Both the position numbers and the translations under genes were made by a program. The notes under the pieces were generated by a model. The model was not told the origin of the DNA. It did no database searches and saw only the letters and a list, made by a program, of their open reading frames with translations. Below, in pieces: positions 42,288 to 57,707 of a DNA stretch of 64,000 nt (within the stretch, counting starts at the first letter, position 1; each line of letters opens with the position of its first letter). Origin of the DNA: Chrysomallon squamiferum (lineage: Eukaryota; Animalia; Mollusca); contig CM022667.1 of assembly GCA_012295275.1 (NCBI GenBank), positions 16,740,001-16,804,000 on the forward strand, read 5' to 3'.

Positions 42288-43092
42288 TGTAGTAGTAGTA
42301 GAGTACAGTAATAGTAGTAGTAGAAACAACAACAGCTGATTTGTCAAAACTCTTAAGGTTAGGGAATTAAAGCTAAAGGGGCATAACTCAGAAAAAGATT
42401 CATAGACATGATAAAAATCTTAATGTGTCACTCTTCAGTTCCGTTAATTTAAAATAGTATACAGATGTTAATAATAAGAAAACAAACAATGATAATGCAT
42501 TAGTTATACCCCGCCATGCGTCATTAATCTGTGCCTCGACAACCAGGATATTGACGTAAACAGAACGTAATGTTTAAAACTAACTTAAAATAACGAAAAA
42601 CAGCGTAAAGCTACGGTAAATACCCGCGAAAGAAAATAATTACTGCTAAATATTCCTGAAAAAAACAACAACATATTTTAGGTAATTGTTTTTAAACAGA
42701 AAGTAGAACAGTTAACAACACCATCCAACGGAAGAACGACACAATGAACATTGTGATCCCCACCGTCCACATCGTTGACAGCACCCTACATGTCGACCAC
42801 ACTTCAAACAATGTAAACAATAAAAACAATATAGAACCTATCCAAGAACATACTACATTTGTTGACAACCGCATCTACAACAGCAATGCCAGCATCATTT
42901 GAAAGGTAGTAATTTTTTTGGAGGACACAGCTACGCTCTCAGACATCAATGTAAGTAAACTGACGAAATTAAGAACGACGACAACAGCGCAGATGTCTGC
43001 ACAAAGTAAAATAATATTTAGGTCTATTTAAACGATGAATGAAATTTTTAATAACTGGTATCAGGTATTATTATTATTATAATTATTATTAA

Positions 43093-43177
<85 letters not shown>

Positions 43178-44035
43178 ACAATGACCATTTATATATACCT
43201 ATATCTATTTTTCATCATCATATGTTGTTCCACCGTTTCATTATAAATTAATTTGCAATTTATTGTTCACTGCTACTGTAATTTAACAAAATAATACGAT
43301 CATAGCTTTATTAATAAAAGTGTCTTTATCTCTTGCAGTAAAACCTAGATTTGAAAACGCTGTATCAAATGCTAGATAAAATAAAAGGGACAAAGCAATC
43401 TAAACAATACCAGAAGGTGTTTCTAATTCAGTGTCATTTATTCTTCATTTCTATTTATAGCTTTTCTTCCTTTCAAAATTAGTTTGATTCTTTATTTGTT
43501 AGATAATTACTTCTGGTGTGTTATTTATTTTTTTCCACAATATTTTACTTATTCACACTTCATAACATATGAGACAGAATATATAGCAATCTGAAACAGA
43601 AAGTTAACAAAACAATTCGTTATTTAATTTTCATTATCGTCTTCGATTCTTTAATAACAAGTTAAAAGATTTTGTTTCCCTTCGAGAATTTTTAACTTTT
43701 ACATCTACTCTAATAATATTAGTTTACTGACATGACAAAAAAATCCACTGATCTGTTGTAGAAATTATGAGACAAGAATAAAAAAATCGATTCCAGTGAA
43801 ACAGAAAAATTAAATGATTTTAATAATTTATTTATTATTTAATTTTTTATTATTTACTCTTTTTTTTTTTATTTATTTAACAAGTTAAAAGATTTTGTTT
43901 TTCTTCGAGAATTTGTTGTTTATGTTAATACTTTTATTTCAACTGTTAATAGTAATGGGGGAAAAGCAGCAAAATTAGTAGTTGTTGTTCGATCATAATA
44001 ATGATGGAAATATAGACATGTTAAATATAAATAAT

Positions 44036-44171
<136 letters not shown>

Positions 44172-44296
44172 GTTGAAGATTTCAAACATAATGAAGTAAC
44201 GAAAATTCAAAAGTTATTAAATAACAAACAATTTACATATTTATTTATTTATTTATTTATTTATTTATTTTATTTCCGGACAGAAGTTGTAAGAGT

Positions 44297-44365
44297 TCAT
44301 CTTAATTCTTCGGTACTTTTAGTGCAGTTGTTACTTGAAATACCCCGTGTTGTAGTGTGTCGGCT
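44297..44365 (-). CDS. Putative 69-nt terminal exon (module G)
   Basis: Acceptor TTCCAG. Phase 0 gives SRHTTTRGISSNNCTKSTEELR*; phase 1 gives EPTHYNTGYFK*. Confidence 0.4.
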   Translation of the reverse strand, partial: SRHTTTRGISSNNCTKSTEELR

Positions 44366-44460
44366 CTGGAAAAAAAAAAAATATATATTTATTTACACAA
44401 AAAAAGAAACTTTTATAGAGATATAACATGCACAACATTAAAAATAAATATTCATGTCCT

Positions 44461-44546
44461 TCAGCCAACAACTGCTTCAACTAATGGCGTTGTTTCTGGT
44501 GGTGCTGCAGTATTTATAGAGCACCGAGCCTTTCCTTGTTCTGGTG
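44461..44546 (-). pseudogene. 3' half of a module D exon
   Basis: PEQGKARCSINTAAPPETTPLVEAVVG* matches 59969-60053. Confidence 0.75.
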
Positions 44547-44557
44547 CGAATACATAC

Positions 44558-44604
<47 letters not shown>

Positions 44605-44768
44605 CGTATGCATGCCTGTATGTCTCTCTCTCTCTTTATCTCTTTCTCTATCTATATATCTACCTATCTATCTATCTATCTATATATATATATTGGTATT
44701 TCTGTATGCATGCCTCTATTGATGGATGAATGTATGTATGTTTCTTAGTTGCTTTTTTAGTCTCTTAC

Positions 44769-45047
44769 CTGTTGTTCGTGGTGGCATTGTTTCTTCTTCT
44801 ACTGTTTGTGCTATTTCTTCTGGTGGTGGTTCTGATGTTGGTTCTGGTGGTGGTTCTGATGTTGGCCCTGGTGGTGACTCTGTTGGTGGTTCTGATGTTG
44901 GCCCTGGTGGTGACTCTGTTGGTGGTTCAGATGGTGGTTCTGTTGGTGGTTCTGTTGGTGGTTCAGATGGTGGTTCTGATGGTGGTTCTGATGGTGGTTC
45001 TGATGGTGGTTCTGTTGGTGGTTCTGTTGGTGGTTCTTCTATTATGT
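44769..45047 (-). CDS. Pro/Glu-rich spacer exon with EPP[TS] repeats
   Basis: Acceptor TTGGCAG and donor GTAAGA, 279 nt, open, phase 1-1. It is in frame with the A exon at 47394. Confidence 0.78.
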
Positions 45048-47171
45048 CTGCCAATAAAATTTATTTTCCTGGTTTAAATACCATTCTTCCCAACGTATTA
45101 TGTATTTGATTCATTGTTAACATTTATTCGGATATACTTAACTTGTTCTATATCATGTGTCATCTGCGTGCGTGCATGTGTGAGTGCGTTGGTGGGTAGG
45201 TGTGTGTAACTGTATAGACGCGAAACCCCATTTAACGAACACGTATTTGTCTGATTTTTGGCATATCCGGGCAAAATCTGGAAAATATATAAGTATTCTT
45301 GAAGCTAGCAAAGCGTCGGAAACATGTCTCCTAGTACGCCTGTCAAACAAAAAAAAAGCATGCAGAAAATATTAACAATATTTGCACGTTCAGCATGATT
45401 TATTTCTCTGACCTCTGTGACAGAAAGTTAAATTTTCTGGTTTAAATTCTATTGCTCCCAATATATGTGGTATTCGATTCATTGTTAACCGTAATCCAAA
45501 TAGCTATAATTTAAATATATACCACTTAATACAGTTCTCAGATATTGTGAATTGCTGTTGTCGTGATGGTAAATTCAGAAATCTGCTGCAACTGCAGTTA
45601 GTTTTAACAATACTGATTTATTTCTTGCACAGGATAAACGAGATAAATCACTAGAAAATTCAAATTTTATTCGTAAAATTTCCACTGCTGGCGTTTACAG
45701 TAAATAGAAGAATTTAAAGTGCGTTTTAATTTTTCAACCCCTTTCTAGTAAATAAGGGACAGAGTCATCTACACTGATAACAGCAGTACCCGATAAATTA
45801 ATATACCAGAAAGATATTAATCATTTTTTTATATATATACAATGATAAATTACATTTATTTTTATTAGTTTTGAATCAAGTGTTTAAATAATTGCAATAT
45901 TTTGTTTAATTTTATGGAAACTCTTGCATTTCTCTTGTTAACATCTACTAATTTTACTCGCTGCCTTGATAATCTAATGACACGGGTCTGACGTCACAAG
46001 ATTTTCAAGCTTAATCGCATGATAAGAAGCTCGTTGATGTTTAAGCTGCAAGAAGCAAGAAGCACATGGGAAACATTAACAAGATCTCTACACTTATTAT
46101 GAATTAGCCGTTTGTTGTTTGGCAATAAAATTAATTGTACTGCATTAAATACTTTTCATCCCAGCATATCGCAAGTGATTCATTGTTAGGCATAATGCAA
46201 ATGCATTTAATTTTTATTTATCCTGCATGTATTCAAGTACTATGAACTGCTGTTGCTATGATCGTAAATGCTACGATAAAATATAACAGCAGTTAAGTTT
46301 AAAAATGCCGATTAATATTTGCCGTACCAGAAAGTCAATAAATGGTAAGAAAATCGAAACTTTGTTAATGACATTTTCACTTCTGGTATTTAAGTAATGA
46401 GAGGAATTTGTATAAATTTATAATTCAGTTTTTCTTTAGAAATATAAGACACAGGACATCCGGATGTACAGTTTAACTATATCAGAAACGATAGGATTAG
46501 GAGATTAACTAAATTATTCCTTATAATAATATTTATAACAATGGTCAGATTCTTACATTGGTTTACATTGGGTTGATTGGGCCGTGGTGTAATGAATGAG
46601 CCAGGAAACGAAAACGTGACAACCCAAAATGTTCAGATCGGGAGTCCGTTCATTTTTTAATATTCCAAACACTGGTGATATGCATATACAGCTGTTTCAG
46701 AAACATTGCATCCTGACGTAGTGATACTTCCTACTACAGCTCTCCCAGTTCCAATATTGCATAAGTATATCAACAATAGTATATAAATAAGTGTTTTAAC
46801 TATAACAACGATATATGAAGAAGATTTACTTTCAGATTATTCTACTATTGAAATACCTGAATAAAAAAGGACGCAAATGGAAACGAAACTTATCTAGAAG
46901 TTGTTTTCGGGTTGATAAAGGATTAAGCTATATATATAAAATTATACATTTATAAACATATCCCTGGGAATAATTATTCACGGTTTTACAAAGCTTATCA
47001 AAAGAGAAAAATGCTTGTTTGCTTAAAATTTGTCTGTTCGTTTGATTATTATTATTATTAGTAGCAGTAGTAGTATTATTATTAAAATCACTATTGCTGT
47101 TGTTATTATTGTTATTCTTTCTGTTCATATTGTAACTGTTTTTATGTTTAAACTGCATTACTACTGAGAAA

Positions 47172-47234
<63 letters not shown>

Positions 47235-47315
47235 TAACAATAACAATAATAATAATAGGAAGAAGAAGAAGAAGAAGAAGAAGAGTAATACTAATAATAA
47301 TAAACTACAAAGTAC

Positions 47316-47394
47316 CTTGAGTCGCTGGCATTGAGAAGACAGACGAAATAATAAAATTCAAACAGAAGACGAAGAAGAGCATGTGAACAGCCAT
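47316..47394 (-). CDS. Module A signal-peptide exon
   Basis: Encodes MAVHMLFFVFCLNFIISSVFSMPATQ plus one G, then GTACTT. The promoter at 47413 is intact. Confidence 0.82.
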
Positions 47395-47505
47395 GTTGTC
47401 GCTTTTCGTATATGACGTGAGTCAGTATTGGTAATATTTAAGTAACAGCTGTAACATTTGATATGTGACGTGTCTGTGCGGTAGACTTTAAATACTCATA
47501 GAAAG

Positions 47506-47608
<103 letters not shown>

Positions 47609-48382
47609 TTGATTACTCATGATCTGTCTATTTAAATACATCTTTTGTTCTTTTTCACCTCTGTCGTAGACATGGTGTTTCATTTTCCTTATTATATTGA
47701 TCTCAGCGTAAGAACATCTACGGTATTCTTCAGTTTTAAATACTGTACATGAGATACCATTAGATTAAAAACAATATTAGATAAGAATTTATTTTTACTT
47801 CATTTCTTCTGTACAAAAAGATTACTCTGCATTGAGAAAATCATGTTTAATTTTACTGTTTTATATTCAATTATTTTATTGAATTGATACCTAGAAACGT
47901 GTGTGTGTGTGTATATATGTGTGTATGTGTGTGGATTTCTTGGCGTCTCTGTGTGTGGGTATGTGGGTGTGTATTCGTGTGCTACATATACAAACAGAAG
48001 GAGACAGAAAGAAAGGACAGTCATTTTATCTACCATAGTTTCGTCATTATTTACTGAGTTTTAATATTTCACAAGTTGATTACACTACGAAATAAGGTTA
48101 CTTAAAGATCGAAAACGTCGAGCTACTCGGACAGAGCTTTGTAACCGTATTAACAAGACTCGGCGTAAGAAACAAACAGAACAAGAAGTTAGACGTAGAC
48201 AAAAATGTGGTTGAAGCAGATGCACTACAACGAAAGGTTATATACTGTAACAACATATGCATTCCACTGTTGTATGAGTTTATCCAGAGTATAAACTTAA
48301 CTGAAACCATCTGCATAAGTTGTTGATATTTTAATATACCCATAAAAATATTTAATACTGAATATGGCTAATAATCATAATA

Positions 48383-48501
<119 letters not shown>

Positions 48502-48627
48502 ATGATACCTTCAAAGACAGAATAATCTTAAATGTTCATTAACTGAAAATTCTCCATAACTGTAAATTTTTTTTCAAATTTATTTCTATTCAAATTTTGA
48601 AACATTAAAACTAAATATTCATATCCT

Positions 48628-48823
48628 TCAGCCAACAACTGTTTCAACTAATGGCGTTGTTGCTGGTGGTGCTGGAGTATTTATAGAGCACCGAGCCTTT
48701 CCTTGTTCTGGTGGAAAATCATTGTATTAGTCTGATTTTGGACAAAACAAATACCACCGTCTCAGAAAGTCGGTGTTTGGTCACCAACTAGAAACTGGCC
48801 AATTGGAGTTATACAGGTCCGTT
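48628..48823 (-). pseudogene. Module D exon with TGA and a frameshift
   Basis: Reads RTCITPIGQFLVGDQTPTF*DGGICF, then shifts frame (196 nt). Confidence 0.8.
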
Positions 48824-49034
48824 CTTTAAAAAAAAAGTAAAAAAATTAAAAAGTATCAATTTTTATCTCCATAATAGATTGTATATGTATGTGCGTATGT
48901 CTGTCTCTGTGTATATATATGTATGAATCTATGTAGGTACCTCGGTATACATATGCATTTATCAATAACTATTTGTAATATTTGTCCATATTATTATTTT
49001 TTCTTTTTACTGTGCCAAATATTTATTCATTTAC

Positions 49035-49226
49035 TTGTAGTGTGCGGCATCGTAGATGTGATAACTGGTGTAGTTGTCGTTCCTGAACACAAAGCCGCGC
49101 CATATTCTGGTTGCCATGAACCAATAACTTGTACTTGTGGAGGACATTTACAGTAACCATCATCACTAAATTATTTCTGTTGTTCTCCATTTAACTCCTG
49201 TCCTGATGGCGTTTTACAGTTACGTT
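49035..49226 (-). pseudogene. Internal module C exon with TAA
   Basis: 192 nt, phase 1-1. The stop in QK*FSDDG is at 49171-49173. Confidence 0.82.
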
Positions 49227-49228
49227 CT

Positions 49229-49268
<40 letters not shown>

Positions 49269-49923
49269 CAACAACAACAACAAATAATAATACTAAATAA
49301 ACAATCTTTTTATTGTATACTCTAGTATTAAAACGAATTCGACTACTACTAATGTAATTGCTCGTACTATTTCCACTAATACTACTAATACATTTATTAC
49401 TACTACTACTATAACAACTAGTACCACTACTACTCCAAATGCCAATAATTATGATATCAATAAATTTACTGTTATTAATACAATTAATATTACATTTAGA
49501 ACATTACTATAAGTACTGATTCTACTACTGCCACATATTTTACAAGACCTCCACAATAATAATTTCTAAGTCTTCTTTACTGGCTGTTGTTATTACTCTT
49601 GCCACTATAAAATAAACACGAACAACAACAGCTACTACACGACAACCATTAATACAATCATTGCTAGTACAACTTCTGCTACTAATTCTACTACTAATAC
49701 TATTTCTACTACTAATAATTATAAGTCTAACATTATTATTACTAATCCTGCCTTTAATGATAATAGTAAGCCAACCACTACTAATACTAATTGATCGAAC
49801 TACGCTAGTAATACTACTGCTAGTATTAATGCTACGATTACTGGTACTAACGAGACTTCTAATAATTATACTTTCACTTCGTCTACTGCTGTTGATATAA
49901 GAAGATACTGAAGCGTTCTCTAC

Positions 49924-50133
49924 CTCGACATGTGTATCTTCCACAGGCATCAGCTCCATCAGGATCGAAACACATTGGTGGTAAATAATCAGCGTATGTA
50001 CAACGAATTTCTAATTCTGATGAAGAACCATAACTAGGCTGACAACGACACTCGTCCGCACAAATCACAAACATTGTAACGAATTGTCCAACTCCGCACA
50101 TTTGTCCATTGTAAGAGCAGTATCGCCGCACTT
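49924..50133 (-). CDS. Module B exon, open; its own A exon is missing
   Basis: Acceptor GACAG and donor GTAGAG, 210 nt. Reads EVRRYCSYNGQMCGVGQF...CADECRC...CGRYTCR. At about 51900 an (AG)n tract stands where module A is expected. Confidence 0.65.
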
Positions 50134-50175
50134 CTGTCTTATGTGCAGAACAATAAGAACTAGAACAACGGCAGC

Positions 50176-50228
<53 letters not shown>

Positions 50229-51480
50229 CAATAACAACAACAACAACAACAACAACAACAAAAAAAAAACATTAATAATAATAATAACAATAACAATAAT
50301 GATGAAAATAATAATAATAATGATAATAACAACAGCAACAATCACACTAGCTGTTGTAATAATAATGAAATGAATCTAAAGTTTAATTTTAATATTGTGT
50401 ATTTTTTATAACTTTCTCCGTATCCATACAACTACGTGAATATATCAGTACATCTAGAATGTTTATTATCACCAACTTAGCCCAACTTAAGCATAAACTA
50501 ATCATCCTCAGGGCTTCAGAGACTCAGAATTTATTTATATATATTTATCAATATATAAAGAATTCAACATGATGTATAATCTAATTTCCTGTGTTAACAT
50601 AATCAACATTAGACGCTTCAAAAATTAATATCCAGTATTATTTTCAGATTAATAAATATTTTTAAACGGAATATTCTCAATGTCCTATCCGAGCACCTGA
50701 TTTGTTTTGCATGTTGGAGACATTGTACTAATTTCTGTTATTAACTGCCAAATAGGACCTCTATAGATTCCCACAATTTTAGACCTGGATATGATTCCAT
50801 TCAGCCATGTTCACGGCAGAGTTTACACTTTTAATATAACATCGTTACTCATTTAAAGAGAAGAAGACAGAGAGAATTCTTAATATTAAGTAAACTATTT
50901 ATTGCACTCAGACTAAAAGATGTATAACATTGCACTAAAAGGTGTATGATCTTTACAAGATAGGTGTAGGACAAGACGTGTACATTTCAGAATTGTTTTC
51001 TTCACATTTCAATCTGCGCTGTCTGCTAAGGGAGAAAATATTAAGAAACGTGACGTTCGAGGTATTGTACTTTTAAAGTGTGAGAAAAAAGGAGATAAAT
51101 GAAAATCAAACTTATCCAGAAGATATTTGTGGGTTATCAAATGAAAGAACAGATAAATATATAATATAGCATTGTGAAAGCGAAATTCCCATATCCCATA
51201 TGATTTTCCGCAGCTTATCAACGTAAGAAAAATAAACCCAAGTCTTGTTGCTTTATGTTCGTTTCATTGTTCTTGTTTGATCTTTTTTTTTAAATTTAAT
51301 TTGTTTTTTTTCTTCCCAGGTTGTTAGCGAGTTCAGCACATCCCTCTTAACGTCACAGAAAAGCGACTGTCTCCTCTCAGCTTCACATCGCACAAATCCA
51401 GAGTCGCCAGTTTAGAAAATGAAAATTCTAAAATGTATCACATTCAGTAAATCAATATTATTATTATTATTATTATTATT

Positions 51481-51520
<40 letters not shown>

Positions 51521-51902
51521 CAGAATCTACTTTTTTTCTTGTATTCATCAAATAAAAGTGCGTATGCATGACATGAATGGATGTAGTAGATATGTGTACA
51601 ACGAGCAACCTAGCATATTCTCTACCGGATAAATTGTTCATTATACACTGAGAATGGCTTCCTTCCCCGGACAAAAACCACGCATTATACTATTGATTAT
51701 TTCGCTTTAGCTTTTGTTGTAGTTGTAGTTGTTGTTGTTATTATTATTTTTTATTGACATCATTATTATTATAGTTATAGTGATGTTGTTATTACTGCCA
51801 ATGTTGAGGCCGTAGTTATTATTATTATTATTGCTGTGGAAGTTGCTGGTGGTAATAAATGATGTAGCTGTTACTGCCTGTTAATAAACACCAATACTAT
51901 CC

Positions 51903-52008
<106 letters not shown>

Positions 52009-52627
52009 CTCACATTTACACAGTGGCAGAGAGAGAGAGAAAGACAATAAAATAAAACTCCCTATAAACTAAATATACCGATAATAGCTTCCACGTTATT
52101 TATTCAGTTTGTTTAGATTTTCATAGATAATTACAGCATCAGAAAGAAAGATCACGGATTTTATTCAGTATTAATTATATTTTTGCAAGAGAGTATATAA
52201 CATTTAATACTTAATAACTCAAATAATTATACAGAAAATAAAGCGTAAATTGTAATTGATTTTATTTTTTGTTCAGTTTTTTTGACAAATTAATTATATA
52301 TAGCAACGTCCTTGATCCAATCATATATTCAGGCAGTCGTATCTGAAGATTAGATTATGTATGCACAAATATATGTATGTATATATGTATGTGTGTATCT
52401 ATGTAGTATGTACGTATGTATGTATGTATTGATTATGTATTACGTATGTATGTATGTATGTGTGTGTGTGTCTGTATCTGCATATCTTATATTATATATG
52501 TACGTATTAAAACAATATTATTTCATGTAACATTATAATGAATATTCCTTATTCAGCTACTAAGTATTTTTTATATCAAATGCAAAATTTACTAGATCGC
52601 TTTTCTTGGTGGTGCTCTTCTAGATAA

Positions 52628-52722
52628 AGAAAAGCCACGCCATTTTCTGCTTTCCAAAACCAAACATTTACAGTAACCATCATCACCAAAGTTCTCCACG
52701 TATCACGTTTTACAGTTACGTT
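52628..52722 (-). pseudogene. Heavily deleted module C exon
   Basis: Remnants RNCKT* and FGDDGYCKC are visible. Confidence 0.7.
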
Positions 52723-52728
52723 CTTTAA

Positions 52729-52839
<111 letters not shown>

Positions 52840-53510
52840 CTTTTCAATTTGATATAATTAATTAATAATCTACTTTTTTCTGAATATATTAGTATTACAA
52901 CAACAACCACTACTGCTGCAGCTACAGCTACTACTACTACTGTTACCTCTGCAACTGCTAATACTAATACTATTATGAAGACATTACTATTACTAATATT
53001 ATTATATTAGTTATATGACTAGTAGCGTTTATTCTACTACTGCCACAACTTTTACAACTCTTCCACGATAATTGTTCCTTAGTCTTCACACCACTCTAAA
53101 AACAACAACTTCTACTACCATTACTAGTACAACCACCTACTGATACTAAATCTACAATTACAATTCATAATAATACCACGACTACCACTGCTGGTGCTAA
53201 TACTAATAGATTATCACTGCTAAAACTCACGCTCCACCTACCACAACTGATACTAATGGCAATTCTAAGCCTGCGACAACTACTACTGATACAATCACAG
53301 TTACTAATACTACGATAATACTCTGACATTTTCTACTGGTGTTCGCAGAAAGATAAACTGAAGAATTGTGTACCTCAATATGTGTACCTCAATTAATATT
53401 TTTACTTCCAATAATACTATGATTCCTACTGGTATAACCGAGATTACTAATAATTAGACATTAAGTTCATCTTCTGCTGTTGGTATAGAGAGACACTGAA
53501 AAGTTTCTAC

Positions 53511-53691
53511 CTCTACACGTGTATCTTTGACAGGCATCAGAACCCTGATCAACAGAATTGAAACACATTGGTGGGAAATAATCAGCGTATATACAACGAA
53601 TTTCTAATTGAGATGAAGAAAAACCAGTAGGCTGACAACGACACTCGTCAGCACAGCGGTATTGGAGATGTGAGTACAGGTGGCGGTAGCT
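53511..53691 (-). pseudogene. Module B exon with an internal deletion and frameshift
   Basis: 181 nt. ELPPPVLTSPIP is joined out of frame to RCADECRC...CQRYTCR. Confidence 0.82.
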
Positions 53692-53756
53692 CTGTAGTGT
53701 GTATGGAACAATAAGAACAACACAAACAACAACAATAATAATAATAATAATAATAA

Positions 53757-53838
<82 letters not shown>

Positions 53839-55812
53839 CGTTGTTGTTGTTTTTTTTAGTTTGTTTGGTCTGTTGTTGTTTTTAATTTTAAATTTTTGTT
53901 AAAGTCTCGAAAAATACGCCATTTCAAAGTTTGTAAAATGCTGAGAGTGGCATAGCGAAATCGCTATTAATTATTATCTGATTCTGCCTACAAGAAACAG
54001 TAGCAATAGCGGTAGTTGCTAATATTGTTGTCTAAATTTTAAATATGTAGTATTGAGATCCACAATGGGTTTTCTTCTTTTATTTTTCATTTGATGTTTC
54101 TAACACTGGAAGAAAAATATCAATAATGTAACTACATTTTAAATTTTCGGAGAAAGCAAATATCAGGTACGATGGATCAGGGTATCATTTTACATAGACT
54201 ACTCAAATTCGAAGAATACGACCCAAACCTTTATCCATTTTCATACACTGATTTCTACTTTTTCTTCTTAGCAATAACAGTAGTTGTTTATAGTGTTGTT
54301 TAGATGTATCATTTCAATATAATTAATTAAACAAACTGTCTTGAAAACTCGCTCGCTGTCTCGGACACTGAGACACAAATGTAATTATCCGTCTATAGTG
54401 CAAGAAAAAATGCTTATTTTCAAAGCTGCTTCAGTGACACTGACAAAATTGTCCTCAAAGTGTTATCATTGATTAAATATGGTGAAACGCAAAACAAGGA
54501 AGGGTTTGGTTCGTACTATAGCAAAGATAATCTGTTCGTTTGAGGTAAAGGAAACAGAGTAAGCCATTAAATAAAAAATTAATAACAAATATTTTATTTA
54601 TTTTTTTTTTTTATTTTTTTTATTTATTTATAGACAAAAATCAGGAGAGTTCATTTTAGTTCATCGGTGCTTTTCATACAGCTGCTTCTTGAATTATTTG
54701 GTGTTTGGTAGTGTCATTTTGAAAGAAAAACAAAATACATGACTAAACATTAACTGTTTATCTAGAAAAAGGTCTTATTACATAGATATATTATGCACGA
54801 AGGAGCAGCTGTGATAGAGATGCATAAACAAAGAAACAGTCACAAATACACACAAGCACTCATGTAGCGCACGTGTAAAATTGTGTGTGTTTGTGTGATG
54901 GCGTGTGCATATGTGTTGAAATAATCCTATTCACAGAAAAGAAGCACAGTCTTCCAATCCATCGTGCTTGGGAAAGTGTGAATTTAAAGTAAATTTACTT
55001 CTGTATCTTATTCTACATTGTTAATATTAATATTTTTGCTGTTTCTGCACGTTTCGGAAATTACGGTTCTTTTTTATTTTCAAGGGAGCCTTTCCTCTTT
55101 TTTCTTTGTTAAACAGAGGAGCTACTGTGTATCTGCTTTCAACACTTACAGTCTAATTCAGGCATAAAACATACTTCATATTTGATTCATTTTGGAAATA
55201 GTTCGTTGTAAAATGAAACATTTCGACTTTTTGGTAAAAATATAATATCTGATTCAGCAAAGAAATATGCATAAACTGTAATTCATTCAAGAATATATCA
55301 CAGTTTCTAATAAACCCAGAAAACATTCCGAATATTTCGTTGTCGGAAAACGTACAAAATATCTGATTTAAAAATTCAAAAGGGCAATTTCAACTCGTTC
55401 TGTAAATCGCCTGGCATATGAAACAAGTCGTGAATAATGTGGTTGAAAGACAAAATAGCTGTAAGGAGGTACTGGAGAAAACAGATTCTGTATTTCATCA
55501 CGAAGAGAGACAAAAGGACAAACAGAGAGAGACAGAGAGCGAGAGAGAGGGAGAGGTAGAGAGAGGGGGGGAGAGAGAGAGAGAGAGAGATGTATGTATG
55601 TATATATGTTTGTTTTAGTATATGTGTGTATATAAATATGTTTGTATGTATATATGTGTGTATGTATATTTGTATGAATTTATGTAAAAATGTATGGAAG
55701 AACTTTCCAAAGTTTGAGCTAATTTGTGTGTTCTTTTTTGTGTTTCTTGTTGTTGTTGGGTCTTATTTTTTTTTGGGGGGGCGGGGTTTGTTGTTGCTTT
55801 TTATTATCTTAC

Positions 55813-55998
55813 TTCTTGCTATTGGTGGTGTTGTTTCTGCTGTCATTCCACAGTAGTTTTCCCTGCAATAAACTTTGTATCCTTCATCACCTATTCCGCA
55901 GTAACAATCACCTAAACAAGGATCATCTAATGTCACGGGTACGACATCATATGGTTTCCCTAAATAATAGCATGTTGTGAAGTTCGGTGTTGTATAAG
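55813..55998 (-). CDS. Module F exon, 6-Cys truncated VWC-like
   Basis: Acceptor TTTCAG and donor GTAAGA, 186 nt, phase 1-1. Reads CYYLGKPYDVVPVTLDDPCLGDCYCGIGDEGYKVYCRENYC. Confidence 0.8.
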
Positions 55999-56286
55999 CT
56001 GAAACAAGCAAGAAACATGCAGAAAAGTTCGATAATATTTGTAAAGTGATGATGATTTAGTACTATGATGTGTGTAAACAGAGAGATACACAAAAAGACA
56101 AACAGAGAAAGATAGAGAGGCAATCAGAAAAAGACAAATACAGAGACACATGCCGTTTAGGTATTATTAATCTTAATGCTAACTGACCTATCACCTGTTT
56201 TAAGAATACCATTCACATGCTTTATTATTACATATGTATCTAGGTGTGTATACATACATACCTACATTAAATACATACATACATAC

Positions 56287-56320
<34 letters not shown>

Positions 56321-56380
56321 TTTGTTTGTGTATGTCTCTCTCTCTTTATCTCTTTCTCTATCTATCTATCTATCTATCTA

Positions 56381-56415
<35 letters not shown>

Positions 56416-56492
56416 CGGTATTTCTGTATGCATGCCTCTATCGATGGATGGATGTATGTATGTTTCTTAGTTGTTGTTTTTCAGTCTCTTAC

Positions 56493-56723
56493 TTGTTGTT
56501 GGTGGTTCTGATGGTGGTTCTGGAGGTGGTTCTGATGTTGGTTCTGATGGTGGTTCTGGTAGTGGTTCTGATATTGGTTCTGATGGTGGTTCTAGTGGTC
56601 GTTTTCGTATTGGTTCTGATGGTGATTCTGGTGGTAGTTCTGGTAGTGGTTCTGAAGGTGACTCTGTTGGTGGCACTGATGGTGGTTAAGATGGTGGTTC
56701 TGTTGGTGGTTCTGTTATTATGT
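56493..56723 (-). pseudogene. Pro/Glu-rich spacer exon with in-frame TAA
   Basis: 231 nt, phase 1-1, with GAA->TAA at 56686-56688. Confidence 0.78.
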
Positions 56724-57605
56724 CTGCCAATAAAGTTTATTTTCCTGGTTTAAATACCATTCTTCCCAACATATTACGTATTTGATTCATTGTTAACATT
56801 TATTCGGATTTGTTTAACTTGTTCTATATCATGTGTCATCTGCATGCGTGTGTGTGTGTGTGTGTGCGGGTTGGCGGGTAGGTGTATCTAACTGTATAGA
56901 CGCGAATCACCATTTAACGAACCCGTATTTGCCTGATTTTTCTCATATCCGGGCGAAATCTGGAAAATATATAAGTATTTTGAATCTCGGCAGCTACCAA
57001 AGCGTCGGAAACATGTCTCCTAGTACGAACAAACAAAAGACACACAGAAAAGATTTACAATATTTGAACGTTCAGCATGATTTAATTCTTTGATCTCTGA
57101 CAAAGAAAGTAAAATTTCCTGGTTTAAATTCTATTTCTCCCAACATATGTCGCATTTCCATTCTTTGTTAACCATAATCCAAATCTCTTTAATTTAATAT
57201 ATAATCGCACTTAATTTAGTTCTCAGATATTGTGAATTTCTGTTGTTGTGATGGTAAATAAAGAAATCTGCTGCAACTGCAGTTAGTTTTAACAATGCCG
57301 ATTTATTTCTGCCACAGGATGAAGGAGATAAATCACCAGAAAAATTAAATGTTATTGGTAAAATTTCCTCTGCTGGCGTTTATAGTAAATAGAAGAATTT
57401 AAATGCCTTTTAATTTCTGAACACATTTCTAGTAAATATGAGACAGAGTGATCCACACTGAGAACAGCAGTAATCGACAAATTAATGTACCATAAATATA
57501 ATAATCATTTCTTCTTGTTTATATATAATGATAAATTACATTTATTTTTTATTAATGTTGAATCAAGTGTTTAAATAATTGCAATATTTTGTTTTATTGT
57601 ATGGC

Positions 57606-57707
<102 letters not shown>

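Noticed and set aside
44726-45109. Gly/Ser-rich plus-strand ORF resembling a structural protein
   Set aside because: It is the antisense shadow of the Pro/Glu exon. The splice sites and phase fit the minus strand.
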